A stretch of DNA of 64,000 bases from the sequence record KT321315.1; one strand, 5' to 3'. Shown here one piece after another: positions 9,671 through 18,699 of this stretch; the first letter of the stretch is position 1, and the number at the start of each line of letters is the position of its first letter. The notes under the pieces are model-generated. The model worked only from the letters and a program-made list of their open reading frames with translations. It searched no databases and was not told where the DNA came from. The stretch is from Enterobacter phage phiEap-3. A program made the position numbers and the translations under genes.

Positions 9671-10846
9671 ATGTTAACAGTAATGAATACAAACCCAGAT
9701 CATAACCACTTAGATCAACCTATGTTTTTTGGTGAAGATACTGGTGTTGCACGTTATGAATCGCAGAAACACAAAGTTTTCGAAAGCCTGACGCAAAAAC
9801 AGCTTTCTTTCTTCTGGCGTCCGGAAGAAGTCGATCTGTCTACTGACCGTATGCAGTATGCAAAACTTCCTGAACATGAAAAAATCATTTTCGATTCTAA
9901 CCTACAGTATCAAACCCTGTTAGATACCATTCAGGGACGTGGGCCTAACCTCGCATTTTTGCCAATTGCATCCGATGTGAGTATGGAAACCTGGATCGAA
10001 ACGTGGGCGTTTAGTGAAACCATCCACAGCCGTAGTTACACGCATATTCAACGTAACTTGCACATTGATCCTTCTGTACAGTTCGACCAAATCCTTCGCA
10101 ATGAAGCGATTATGAAACGTTCCGCATCAATGACACGGTATTATGATACTCTGATTGATGAATGTCATAAGCTGAAAACCATCATGATGCTACAGGAACA
10201 GGTTAGCGGCTATAAACCAAATGATCCGGCTGTCGTGTATTATAACGAGCAATACACTAAACAGGCCACTAAGTGCAAAGAAGCGCTGTACCTTTGTATG
10301 CACGCTGTGAACGCTCTGGAAGCGATCCGTTTCTATGTGTCGTTTAGTTTCACCTTTAACTTTGCTGAACAAGGCAAGATGGAAGGCAACGCGAAAATTA
10401 TGCGCCTGATTGCGCGTGATGAAGCATTGCATCAGAAAGGTACTCAGAGTAAAATCCGTTTGTGGCAAATGGGTAAAGATGACCCAGAAATGGTTGAAAT
10501 CTCCCGTAGGCTGAAAAAAGAAGCAACGGCGATTTTCCTGGAAGTATATGAACAGGAAAAAGAATGGGCTGAACATTTATTCTCTGTTGGTGATGTAGAA
10601 GGTGTATCGTTGAAAAGCACTATCGCTTATATTGAACACCTTACAGATCAGCGTATGCGAGCGGTAGGGCTTGATTCACCATTCACCCCGATCCCTAACC
10701 CGTATCCGTGGATGAATAAATGGCTCAAAAGTGATAACGTACAGGTTGCCCCGCAAGAGGTTGAAGTAAGTTCTTACCTCGTCGGAAACCTGAATACTGA
10801 AATCAGCGATGAAGCGTATGCAAAATGGGCCAGCAAATACGCGTGA
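9671..10846 (+). CDS. nrdB: Ribonucleotide reductase small subunit NrdB
   Basis: Di-iron ligand motifs typical of class Ia R2; start moved to ATG 9671 (SD AAAGG) because the track start 9638 lies inside the hairpin; no intron. Confidence 0.93.
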   Translation: MLTVMNTNPDHNHLDQPMFFGEDTGVARYESQKHKVFESLTQKQLSFFWRPEEVDLSTDRMQYAKLPEHEKIIFDSNLQYQTLLDTIQGRGPNLAFLPIASDVSMETWIETWAFSETIHSRSYTHIQRNLHIDPSVQFDQILRNEAIMKRSASMTRYYDTLIDECHKLKTIMMLQEQVSGYKPNDPAVVYYNEQYTKQATKCKEALYLCMHAVNALEAIRFYVSFSFTFNFAEQGKMEGNAKIMRLIARDEALHQKGTQSKIRLWQMGKDDPEMVEISRRLKKEATAIFLEVYEQEKEWAEHLFSVGDVEGVSLKSTIAYIEHLTDQRMRAVGLDSPFTPIPNPYPWMNKWLKSDNVQVAPQEVEVSSYLVGNLNTEISDEAYAKWASKYA

Positions 10847-11138
10847 TTGTCGGGTAGTAAACAAGTACAAAACTGATTGGGATGTCGATATTCAAAGAGG
10901 TACGAAGTTCGGCAACCCTTATCACACAGGAACCAGGGGAGAAAACATTTTAGCGTTTATCCCCTGGTTCCAGAATCAGGTTCGTACTGGGGCGATCACG
11001 ATTGAAGAATTGAAAGAACTTGATGGAAAGAGGCTTGGTTGTACCTGTGCGCCTCTTCCCTGTCACGGTGATTACATCGCGCATGTGGTTAATGTTTTGT
11101 GTGGTAAGAAAAGATCACTTGACTTTTTGGATATATAA
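10818..11138 (+). CDS. DUF4326-family protein (occupies the T4 denA position)
   Basis: VVNKYK..DVDIQRGTKFGNPY...LGCTCAPLPCHGD matches the DUF4326 signature. Confidence 0.55.
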   Translation: MQNGPANTRDCRVVNKYKTDWDVDIQRGTKFGNPYHTGTRGENILAFIPWFQNQVRTGAITIEELKELDGKRLGCTCAPLPCHGDYIAHVVNVLCGKKRSLDFLDI

Positions 11139-11141
11139 TGT

Positions 11142-11507
11142 ATGAAATCTGAATTCAACTTAACCCTTGATAAATGTGGTCGCATCGATCGAAGTTTTGT
11201 TAAGTGTGGCGAACTTAGGCATTGTGTTTATTTTATTGCAATTAACGATGAAATAGTATATGTTGGTAAGTGTAGAGATATGTGGAAGCGTTTAGACACA
11301 TATCGCAATGCAAAGTATTGGAGAGAAGCTAACCCCAGCAACATCTTAAAAACGTGTCGATTGGAAATGGCTATCAAAAAACGAAAAACTGTGAAACTTA
11401 TCGTGACTACTCACGATGAAAATACATATCATGATTATGAAATCAACATGATACGAAAATACAACCCTGAATGGAATAAACAGCACTATGACAAAGGCAC
11501 AAACTAA
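11142..11507 (+). CDS. free-standing GIY-YIG domain protein (truncated homing-endonuclease-like)
   Basis: VYFIAINDEIVYVGKCRDMWKRL resembles the I-TevI GIY-YIG core (KVYVGSAKDFEKRWKRH); only 121 aa with no DNA-binding domain. Confidence 0.5.
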   Translation: MKSEFNLTLDKCGRIDRSFVKCGELRHCVYFIAINDEIVYVGKCRDMWKRLDTYRNAKYWREANPSNILKTCRLEMAIKKRKTVKLIVTTHDENTYHDYEINMIRKYNPEWNKQHYDKGTN

Positions 11508-12645
11508 AATTATCAATACCCTTTACAAACAACTCATGCAGTTGTGCGGTGAATCCGAAACATTTTTCTTCGTTGATCAAGTAACCGTGATGGGTACACC
11601 TGTTCGAATCTTTAACTATCGCATGGCCTCATATACAGACTGGCTAAAGCCTGGTGCTCTGGAATGTCGCGGTATCATGTTTGAAATGAATGGAGATACC
11701 CCCGTATCAATCATCAGCCGCCCTATGGAGAAGTTTTTTAACTATGCCGAGGTAAAGGCATGGGAAGCGCTTAACGAGTCTCCTATTGAATTAGGCGACG
11801 TTTTAGACGTGATGATTAAAGAAGATGGTTCCTTGATATCAACTTTCCTTGATGGTGGATTTCTGTCTGTTAAGTCTAAAGGTTCGGTTAAATCAGAACA
11901 AGCTATGGATGCACAAAGTGTGTTAATGGCAAACCGTGAATTGCTGACCCGCTTAACTGAGATCGCAAAAGAAAACTATACGGTGAACATGGAATACGTT
12001 TCCCCGAAAAACCGTATTGTCGTTGGTTATGATTCTCCTGATCTGCGTATCCTGAACGTCCGTCACAACATCACGGGTGAATACATCCCTTATGATGAAC
12101 TCTTTGCTGACGCGCTGTTACGTGCGTATCTGGTTAAGCGTGAGAATATCGAAGTACTGGATCTGGATGCATTCGCAAAAGAAGCATATCAGAATGAAGG
12201 ATTCGAAGGCTATGTTGTTCTGACAACGAAAGGTTTTGTAAAAATCAAAACAAACTGGTATGTCAATCTGCATCGCACAAAAGATAGCATTACCAACAAT
12301 AAGGATCTTTTCCTAAATATTGTTGAGAATACGGTCGATGACCTGAAACAGCTATTCAGTTCGGATCTGGTCTCTCTGAAAAAGATTGACGATTTCGAAA
12401 AACTTTTCCTTGATAGTCTCAATCGTTTAAGTGCAAAAGCATTCAAAGCCATTGAAGATAACAAAGGGAAATCGCGTAAAGATTTTGCTATCAGTCTTAG
12501 CGCGGATTTGTCAAACGACGGTCGGATCATCTTCGGGCCTCTTATGAAGTATTTCGAAGAAACCGATCCGCAAAAACTGGTTGATCGCATCATTGAAATG
12601 ATGGTTAAAAATTACGATCAGTTCATTCCTGAACAATATAAATGA
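11488..12645 (+). CDS. rnlA: RNA ligase 1
   Basis: Strong similarity to T4 Rnl1 (gp63) along the whole length; KxDG-type nucleotidyltransferase lysine context. Confidence 0.9.
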   Translation: MTKAQTKIINTLYKQLMQLCGESETFFFVDQVTVMGTPVRIFNYRMASYTDWLKPGALECRGIMFEMNGDTPVSIISRPMEKFFNYAEVKAWEALNESPIELGDVLDVMIKEDGSLISTFLDGGFLSVKSKGSVKSEQAMDAQSVLMANRELLTRLTEIAKENYTVNMEYVSPKNRIVVGYDSPDLRILNVRHNITGEYIPYDELFADALLRAYLVKRENIEVLDLDAFAKEAYQNEGFEGYVVLTTKGFVKIKTNWYVNLHRTKDSITNNKDLFLNIVENTVDDLKQLFSSDLVSLKKIDDFEKLFLDSLNRLSAKAFKAIEDNKGKSRKDFAISLSADLSNDGRIIFGPLMKYFEETDPQKLVDRIIEMMVKNYDQFIPEQYK

Positions 12646-12653
12646 GGTTCATA

Positions 12654-12965
12654 ATGCCTAAGATATCATCTTGGGTATGGCCTGTAATCGTGGGGCTATC
12701 TTTGATAGCCCTTTTTTACATTGCAGTCGATACCAAAATTGAAAACGCATCGTTACGCAAGGATATCAAATCTTTGCAAGATGATGTGAAGAAAGTAAAA
12801 GAGACAAATACAAGCAATACTGTTATCTACGTGGAACAAAAATCCAAAGATCAGCAGTTAGTCAAGGATGCGGGGCGCAAACATCTTTTGTTTGAGAAAC
12901 CTGGATTGATTGAAATCAAAATCAACAAATCCTTCGACGAATACATGCAGGAATTTGAAAAATGA
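12654..12965 (+). CDS. i-spanin (PseT.3-like): N-terminal TM anchor plus periplasmic coiled coil
   Basis: N-terminal hydrophobic helix then charged coiled-coil region; immediately upstream of a lipoprotein gene and pseT, as the T4 spanins are. Confidence 0.6.
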   Translation: MPKISSWVWPVIVGLSLIALFYIAVDTKIENASLRKDIKSLQDDVKKVKETNTSNTVIYVEQKSKDQQLVKDAGRKHLLFEKPGLIEIKINKSFDEYMQEFEK

Positions 12966-13276
12966 AATTAGCAATGATAGCATTACTTGGTGTTTTTCTC
13001 GTTGGTTGTGCTGAACAGCCACCTGTTAAGGTGCTTCCTACGCTACCAGCAAAGGTTAACCCAGTGAAGGTAAAATGGAAAGTAATTGCAGACGTTAGAG
13101 AGATCGACGGGAAACAATACCTTGTAATGCCATATGACGGTAATCCTTATGTTGCATTGACATATCCAGATTCATTGATTTTACGTAGCTGGATGAATGA
13201 CGTTAAACGACAAAAGGATCAAACCGATAATGTTCTGTGTACGTTGGGATACCCTGAGAAATGCAAATCAAAATAA
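12962..13276 (+). CDS. o-spanin lipoprotein (PseT.2-like)
   Basis: Signal peptide with lipobox LVGC, proline-rich mature region; ATGA-coupled to the i-spanin. Confidence 0.65.
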   Translation: MKLAMIALLGVFLVGCAEQPPVKVLPTLPAKVNPVKVKWKVIADVREIDGKQYLVMPYDGNPYVALTYPDSLILRSWMNDVKRQKDQTDNVLCTLGYPEKCKSK

Positions 13277-13434
13277 CCAAAACGTTTTTTCGTGACATAA
13301 CAGAAGGAAAAGTTTATACTGCGAAAAAGGATAAAGAAGGTCTATGGATAGAAAACGATTGGAATCGTGATATGTGGCTCAATCTGACGAATGAGTATAA
13401 CAAAGAACTAATTGAATATGAGATAGTGAAATGA
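13261..13434 (+). CDS. hypothetical 57-aa protein
   Basis: ORF bridging the o-spanin and pseT with ATGA overlaps at both ends; below the track size cutoff. Confidence 0.3.
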   Translation: MQIKITKTFFRDITEGKVYTAKKDKEGLWIENDWNRDMWLNLTNEYNKELIEYEIVK

Positions 13435-14315
13435 ATCTGTTTATGACTATTGGCGTTCCAGGTAGTGGAAAAACTACCTGGGCGCATGAGAAAGCCCGTG
13501 AATTGGGTAATACTGTTACGATCTCTCGCGATGATCTGCGTAGCTCTTTGTATAATGCTGGTAAAGGTGCTGGCGGATACAAATACACCAAAGCTAAAGA
13601 AGAAATGATTGCGGAAATGCAGGATCACGTTGTTATCTCCACTCTGAAAGATGGTAAAAACGTGATCATACACAACACGCATCTGAAAGAAAGTGATAAA
13701 AATCACTGGCGTGAAATTGCATTGGAACACAAAGCAGATTTTCATATCGAATACTTTGATGTGTCCATTGTTGAACTGCTTCGCCGTAACCACAAACGCG
13801 GTCGTGATGCATTACCCGTTTCACGTCTTTGGGAAATGTTTAATCAGTATCGTAAGATCCGTGGGTTCGTACCAGCAATGGAAATTGTCAACCCCCACAA
13901 TCAGAAGTGTGTGATCTTTGATGTTGACGGTACGCTAACAAAAGTAGGGCAACGTAGCCCGTATGACTTTACCAAAGTGATCAATGATCCGCCAAACATC
14001 CCGATTCAGCAACTGTTTCACCTGTACAAAAATGCAGGGTATAAATGCGTCGTTGTATCTGGGCGTGAAGGTAATCCGCAATGCGCACATGATACATGGG
14101 TTAGCCTGTTAAGTTATGGTGTTGAACCGGATGAAATTTTTATGCGTCAAGAAGGCGATACCAGGACAGATTTTGAAGTAAAAGAAGAAATTTTGTTTGA
14201 CAAGATTTTAGATAAGTATTATCCTGTTATTGCAGTGGACGATAGAGACACTCCGGTCGGAATGTGGCGAGCAAACGGGATTCCGTGCTTACAAGTCGAT
14301 TATGGTGATTTCTGA
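13431..14315 (+). CDS. pseT: Polynucleotide 5'-kinase/3'-phosphatase
   Basis: P-loop GVPGSGKTT kinase domain plus DVDGTL HAD phosphatase domain; collinear with T4 Pnk. Confidence 0.95.
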   Translation: MNLFMTIGVPGSGKTTWAHEKARELGNTVTISRDDLRSSLYNAGKGAGGYKYTKAKEEMIAEMQDHVVISTLKDGKNVIIHNTHLKESDKNHWREIALEHKADFHIEYFDVSIVELLRRNHKRGRDALPVSRLWEMFNQYRKIRGFVPAMEIVNPHNQKCVIFDVDGTLTKVGQRSPYDFTKVINDPPNIPIQQLFHLYKNAGYKCVVVSGREGNPQCAHDTWVSLLSYGVEPDEIFMRQEGDTRTDFEVKEEILFDKILDKYYPVIAVDDRDTPVGMWRANGIPCLQVDYGDF

Positions 14316-14367
14316 TTGACATCTAATGTGGGTATGTTAAAGTACCCACACAAAAGAGGATTACATT

Positions 14368-14655
14368 ATGAACGTTATTCGTGAAGATAAAGGCATCATG
14401 GTTGAACTTGGCGATCGCATTCGCGTAGAAAATCTGGGCGATTTTAATCAAAAAGTTCGTTTGTTGTGCCAAAAAATTGCTAACAAAATCCAGGAACAGA
14501 GAAAAGCACCAGGCGGGTTTGAAGTTAGCGCCACTCCGGTTTCTCAGTACTCGTACATTGTGTATATTCATGACGTGGATACTAACAGCACCCAATCTTT
14601 CGGGCTGGTGTTAAATCCTATTACTGGCTACGTTACATGGGCGGTTGTATTATGA
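14368..14655 (+). CDS. hypothetical protein
   Basis: ORF with SD AAGAGGA. Confidence 0.45.
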   Translation: MNVIREDKGIMVELGDRIRVENLGDFNQKVRLLCQKIANKIQEQRKAPGGFEVSATPVSQYSYIVYIHDVDTNSTQSFGLVLNPITGYVTWAVVL

Positions 14656-14903
14656 AAGTAAAAATTATTGATAGAGCGATGATCACGGACGAATCTGTAT
14701 ACCCGGATCCTCGTTATTATGGCGGTGTTTTCGGATACATCAAAGGAACTGATATTGATGTAGTAACAAGTCCGATCGCTGAATATGATATCAACAAAAA
14801 TCAAACAGAAGTTCGCGTTACTACAATCAACGGTTCAGAATATATCGTTGAAGCGACTCCTGATTTTATCAAACAGTTACTAAAGGTGATGAAAGATGCT
14901 TGA
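14652..14903 (+). CDS. hypothetical protein
   Basis: ATGA-coupled ORF. Confidence 0.45.
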   Translation: MKVKIIDRAMITDESVYPDPRYYGGVFGYIKGTDIDVVTSPIAEYDINKNQTEVRVTTINGSEYIVEATPDFIKQLLKVMKDA

Positions 14904-15180
14904 TCATCCTGGCTCTATGAGCATGGTTCTCCTGGAAGCATTAAAGGCATATGATATCCCTTGTCATTTCGGTGAAGTAACTGTTAATACTATCGTTGAC
15001 GAAATCGACAACCCAAATACTTTCATTGCTTGTCTTGTTCGAAAATTCACAAGTTGTTTTCGTCCGAGTCCAGAAAAAGTAGTAATTAGTTCTGTTTCTG
15101 CACATCATCGAGTGTTGGATGATGGAAAGATTCAAGTTTACTGGAAAGTTCTTTATCACGTGGTATATCATGAAGATTGA
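14896..15180 (+). CDS. hypothetical protein
   Basis: ORF overlapping its neighbours. Confidence 0.4.
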   Translation: MLDHPGSMSMVLLEALKAYDIPCHFGEVTVNTIVDEIDNPNTFIACLVRKFTSCFRPSPEKVVISSVSAHHRVLDDGKIQVYWKVLYHVVYHED

Positions 15181-15676
15181 TGATATTATGTTTATGCTTA
15201 GAGCGGTAAGCGCTTCTAAGTTCTCTCAATGTGTCTCTGTTAATGTCGGTGCTGCGTTGAGAAATGGTAACGGGCGTGTGTTTGTAGGCGCAAATAATAC
15301 GGTTGATCCTAGTCATCGTTGTACAGATCAGTGCAATCACTTATTAGATGATAACGGGAAACTGAGTGAAGAAAAGCGCCCTGAACATTCACAATGGTCA
15401 GATCGCAACGAAGTACACGCAGAAATGCGCGTTATTATGCTGGCGGCGTCTCATGAACAAATCAAAGACGCAACTTTGTATACAACTCATTCCCCTTGCT
15501 CACAATGTGCGAAAAATATCGAATTTTGTGTTGCAACAGGTATGATTAAGCGTGTAGTATATCTACATAAATACGATCGTGGTGGCATCGAGTGGATATG
15601 GCGTCTACAGCAATACGGTGCCGAAGTAGTACAACTTGACCCCGAAGAATTGAATAAACATTTTCGGATCAAATAA
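15170..15676 (+). CDS. cd: dCMP deaminase
   Basis: HAEMRVI...SPCSQCAK zinc-binding cytidine/dCMP deaminase motifs; start taken at the internal ATG 15170. Confidence 0.85.
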   Translation: MKIDDIMFMLRAVSASKFSQCVSVNVGAALRNGNGRVFVGANNTVDPSHRCTDQCNHLLDDNGKLSEEKRPEHSQWSDRNEVHAEMRVIMLAASHEQIKDATLYTTHSPCSQCAKNIEFCVATGMIKRVVYLHKYDRGGIEWIWRLQQYGAEVVQLDPEELNKHFRIK

Positions 15677-15679
15677 CCA

Positions 15680-16033
15680 ATGAGTAAATGTATGTCTGAA
15701 CTGAGTGTAAAAGCATCCTTTGAATATGTCCTGATTGAAACCAACGCTAAAGCGGCTGGAACTGAAATTGTATCACCTTCTGGTATTGTGACTGGTGTTC
15801 GTCAACACGGCGAGGAACCGATCTACGGCACAGTGTTATCATGTGGGCCGGATGTACCGGAAGAATATAAAACCCTGCTTATGGGTAAGCGCGTACCGCT
15901 TCCTCATGCACAAATGGCAAACGTGCCGGATCCTGAACTGATTGCAGGAAAGGCAACAAAAGAAGAAGCTCGCAAGTATCCGGTTAAATATGTAACCGCA
16001 CACTATAAAGCGATTCAAGCAATTTACGAATAA
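15680..16033 (+). CDS. 31: Co-chaperonin gp31 (GroES-like)
   Basis: 117 aa, similar to T4 gp31 (mobile-loop region, C-terminal TAHYKAI); position after cd. Confidence 0.75.
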   Translation: MSKCMSELSVKASFEYVLIETNAKAAGTEIVSPSGIVTGVRQHGEEPIYGTVLSCGPDVPEEYKTLLMGKRVPLPHAQMANVPDPELIAGKATKEEARKYPVKYVTAHYKAIQAIYE

Positions 16034-16043
16034 GAGATCCAAC

Positions 16044-16295
16044 ATGGCTAAACAAATTCAAGCAATCATCGCCGATACCGTCGCAAAATCCAAAAAACTT
16101 TTCGACAAAGGCGACATCCTCGAAGCACCGACCCGCATCGATGTAATGACTTCAATGATCATTGATGCTCACCAGGGAAAACTAAATTCCCGTGCTTCGG
16201 AAGTAATGGAATACATCGTACAGTTCGAGGATGTATGCAAATACGCCAAAGCTGTTGATCCGGCTGTTCGCGAAATCTACCGCAAACAGTTCTAA
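16044..16295 (+). CDS. rIII-like lysis inhibition accessory protein (assigned by position and size)
   Basis: 83 aa ORF directly after gene 31, as in T4; sequence identity not verified. Confidence 0.4.
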   Translation: MAKQIQAIIADTVAKSKKLFDKGDILEAPTRIDVMTSMIIDAHQGKLNSRASEVMEYIVQFEDVCKYAKAVDPAVREIYRKQF

Positions 16296-16302
16296 AAATA
16301 TC

Positions 16303-16379
16303 GGCCCCTTAGCTCAATAGGTAGAGCTAATCACTCATAATGGTTAGGTTCCCGGTTCAAATCACGGGAGGGGCCACCA
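16303..16379 (+). tRNA. tRNA with CAT anticodon (Met, or Ile if the wobble C is lysidine-modified), CCA encoded
   Basis: Cloverleaf: acceptor GGCCCCT/AGGGGCC, D-stem GCTC/GAGC, anticodon stem AATCA/TGGTT with loop CTCATAA, T-loop TTCAAAT; the T-stem has one bulged A. Confidence 0.75.
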
Positions 16380-16384
16380 AACAA

Positions 16385-16461
16385 GGCAAGGCACTTAGAG
16401 AAGCGGGAGGAACAGAATCAGATTCTGTTGGTTGTAGGTGCAAATCCTACCCTTGCCACCA
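16385..16461 (+). tRNA. tRNA-like gene, anticodon probably CAG (Leu) but with a short 5-nt variable arm
   Basis: Acceptor GGCAAGG/CCTTGCC (7 bp), T-arm GTAGG-TGCAAAT-CCTAC, anticodon stem ACAGA/TCTGT with loop ATCAGAT, weak 3-bp D-stem, ACCA 3' end. Confidence 0.5.
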
Positions 16462-16610
16462 AATTTGGGTGCGTAGCGCAATGCCGTTAAATGGTTCGGA
16501 ATATGCAACCTTATCCACGGGAAAGGCTCTGTTGGTATCCGGTAATAGGTTCCCCGGAATGCGGGGTGAAGTAAAGAAACTTCCAGCCCACTAATTTTAA
16601 TGAGGTTTGT

Positions 16611-16892
16611 ATGAAATTTCGTGAAACTGTGAAATACCATAACGCGGTCGAACATACACAGATTTTTGTTGATATGTCTCCTGCAAAATTCAAAGAACGC
16701 TATGGCATGACATTTAATGAATGGAAAAATGGATTGTCCGATGAGGACTACCGAAAAAACTTCAAATTCAATGAATGTTATGTGGATGATGATCCTTACG
16801 ATCTGGATATTTTTGGTAAAACAACGCCTCTCATTGAGAATTCGCCAGAACAGCTTTACGAATCTTGTATTGACTCTGCATACGAAATTTAA
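16611..16892 (+). CDS. hypothetical protein
   Basis: ORF with SD. Confidence 0.45.
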   Translation: MKFRETVKYHNAVEHTQIFVDMSPAKFKERYGMTFNEWKNGLSDEDYRKNFKFNECYVDDDPYDLDIFGKTTPLIENSPEQLYESCIDSAYEI

Positions 16893-16901
16893 AGAGATAA
16901 C

Positions 16902-17324
16902 ATGAAAAATTTACAAAAACTGTTTAAAATGTCTCCGACAATTAGAAAAATCATCGGAGAAAATAGCAATCTAACGAATCGCAACAAAAAGTTGATGGAA
17001 TTTTTTGTAAAAGAGTTCGATGATTTTGATTCTGAACTTCGTAAAGCGCTTGAAGCATATTCCAAACAAGGGTTCTTTGCGTCACCGCAAGTGAATAGTA
17101 AGAAAGAGTATAGCGAACGATTCTTTGATTGGGAGATTGTCAACCTCGTTCGCAGAACAAATGTATCTCCGAGCAATCACCAACTAATTTCTCTTGATAC
17201 TTCGGTATTCTTCATCCAGTATCTTATTAGTGGTGGTTTCAAAAACCCTGCAATTCCGTTTACAAATGAAGCGATTATCAGTGAATTTGATGAATCATTT
17301 GTATACATCAACACAAACAAATAA
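16902..17324 (+). CDS. hypothetical protein
   Basis: ORF. Confidence 0.45.
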   Translation: MKNLQKLFKMSPTIRKIIGENSNLTNRNKKLMEFFVKEFDDFDSELRKALEAYSKQGFFASPQVNSKKEYSERFFDWEIVNLVRRTNVSPSNHQLISLDTSVFFIQYLISGGFKNPAIPFTNEAIISEFDESFVYINTNK

Positions 17325-17365
17325 TCAAACGGCTATCTTCGGATAGCCTTATTTTTGGGGTGTCT

Positions 17366-17932
17366 ATGCGCTTTTTAAAGTATGCAAGTTGGATCGTACT
17401 CGTCCCTCTTGACATTATTACTGGAGTATTAGCAATTCTGTTTGCCCCGTTTGTTGTACCGTTCTACAACGAGAAAACAGGGCATCTTCCTAAAGGCTTC
17501 CGGTGGATGGAAACCTTCGATAACCCTATTGATGGTGATGGTGGACATATCCGCCGTTGGGCGTCCATACGCTATCATCTGGGGGATTTTGGGGTATACA
17601 TGCAGCGTGTTGGCTGGTTGTGGAGAAACAAGGCTTATAACTTCGCATATCACGTTTTAGGACGTGAAGCGACAAGCAAATTCAACTGGAAAGGCAACCC
17701 AAAAACAGAAGGTGGGCCGAACCCTGTAAATCATGGGTATCTGCTCATGTGGAACGAATCAGCATGGGGTTTGTACGTTTACAAACCGTGGATACAGATC
17801 CACAAAGTGCAATTCTGTTTGCGCGTTTATGCTGGATGGAAGCTGAAACAAGAAGTTAGCGACCCAGTTAACCTGGATCGTGCAATGCTGGCGTTTCATT
17901 TCAACCCGTTCAGGTATTATGTAATCAAGTAA
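17366..17932 (+). CDS. hypothetical membrane protein (N-terminal TM helix, Trp-rich)
   Basis: ATG 17366 after GGGG SD (the track start is a GTG); hydrophobic N-terminus. Confidence 0.5.
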   Translation: MRFLKYASWIVLVPLDIITGVLAILFAPFVVPFYNEKTGHLPKGFRWMETFDNPIDGDGGHIRRWASIRYHLGDFGVYMQRVGWLWRNKAYNFAYHVLGREATSKFNWKGNPKTEGGPNPVNHGYLLMWNESAWGLYVYKPWIQIHKVQFCLRVYAGWKLKQEVSDPVNLDRAMLAFHFNPFRYYVIK

Positions 17933-17942
17933 AGGTAATACA

Positions 17943-18305
17943 ATGAAAGCATTTCAAATTTTAGAAGGTTTGCATACTGGTACAATCTATCTGGAAGAAG
18001 GTAACGACGTTCGGATCGTAGTATCAAAAACATTAACTATGGATTCTGTGATCGGCAAAGCTCGCGTTACTCCGTTTGCAAAGCGTGAGATCGAGATCGA
18101 ATATCAGCCAACTGTTAAAGTGGAAGGTGGACAACATTTAAACGTTAACGTGTTGCGCCGAGAAACTCTCCTGGATGCGGTTGAACATCCTGAAAAATAT
18201 CCGCAATTGACGATCCGTGTATCTGGTTATGCAGTGCGTTTTAACTCACTGACCCCTGAACAGCAACGCGACGTTATTGCTCGTACCTTTACAGAGAGTC
18301 TATAA
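17943..18305 (+). CDS. grcA: Autonomous glycyl-radical cofactor GrcA/YfiD-like (T4 Y06I-like)
   Basis: The C-terminal ~60 aa ([46 protein letters not shown]) are essentially identical to E. coli GrcA, including the glycyl-radical RVSGY motif. Confidence 0.9.
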   Translation: MKAFQILEGLHTGTIYLEEGNDVRIVVSKTLTMDSVIGKARVTPFAKREIEIEYQPTVKVEGGQHLNVNVLRRETLLDAVEHPEKYPQLTIRVSGYAVRFNSLTPEQQRDVIARTFTESL

Positions 18306-18574
18306 TGGCAATTGCTGATATCAAGGGTTATAAACCCCATACTGATAAAAAAGTAGAAACAGTAAACCGTATCAAAGATGCTGAAAATGCATTAGGTGCA
18401 ATCCTGGAAGATATCGAACAGCGACTATCAAATTCAGATATTGATTCTCTGATAGAGGAAGAATTAGATGAGGTGCTTGAACGTATCCATCAAGTTCAAC
18501 TGGCGAAAGATCGACTGAAAGAAGCCTCTATGTGGGCGTGTCGTGCGGTGTTCCAGCCCGACGAAAAATATTAA
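18305..18574 (+). CDS. hypothetical acidic coiled-coil protein
   Basis: ATGA-coupled to the grcA-like gene. Confidence 0.45.
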   Translation: MAIADIKGYKPHTDKKVETVNRIKDAENALGAILEDIEQRLSNSDIDSLIEEELDEVLERIHQVQLAKDRLKEASMWACRAVFQPDEKY

Positions 18575-18580
18575 AAATCA

Positions 18581-18616
18581 AGCCGTTGCCGAAAGGTAGC
18601 GGCTTTTTTCGTTTTT
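18581..18616 (+). terminator. rho-independent terminator
   Basis: AGCCGTTGCCGAAAGGTAGCGGCT hairpin plus TTTTTTCGTTTTT. Confidence 0.7.
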
Positions 18617-18629
18617 ACATAAAAAGTTG

Positions 18630-18658
18630 TTGACTCCCTTCTCACATTCCCTTATAGT
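18630..18658 (+). promoter_or_regulatory. near-consensus sigma70-type early promoter
   Basis: TTGACT, then a 17-bp spacer, then TATAGT; located about 40 nt upstream of the strong SD of the 18700 gene. Confidence 0.7.
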
Positions 18659-18699
18659 TAATCCCGTAGACAAGAAAACACTTTTATGAGGATGACATT

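Noticed and set aside
6467-10846. Group I introns or homing endonucleases in td, nrdA and nrdB as in T4
   Set aside because: All three are continuous ORFs of normal length with no inserted sequence.
16340-16594. 84-aa plus-strand ORF in the six-frame track
   Set aside because: It overlaps both tRNA genes and the downstream non-coding region and has no SD. Its reading frame runs through tRNA stems.
16462-16610. A third tRNA downstream of the two called
   Set aside because: No acceptor/T-arm pairing consistent with a cloverleaf could be found by eye. It is kept as an unexplained region in the findings instead.
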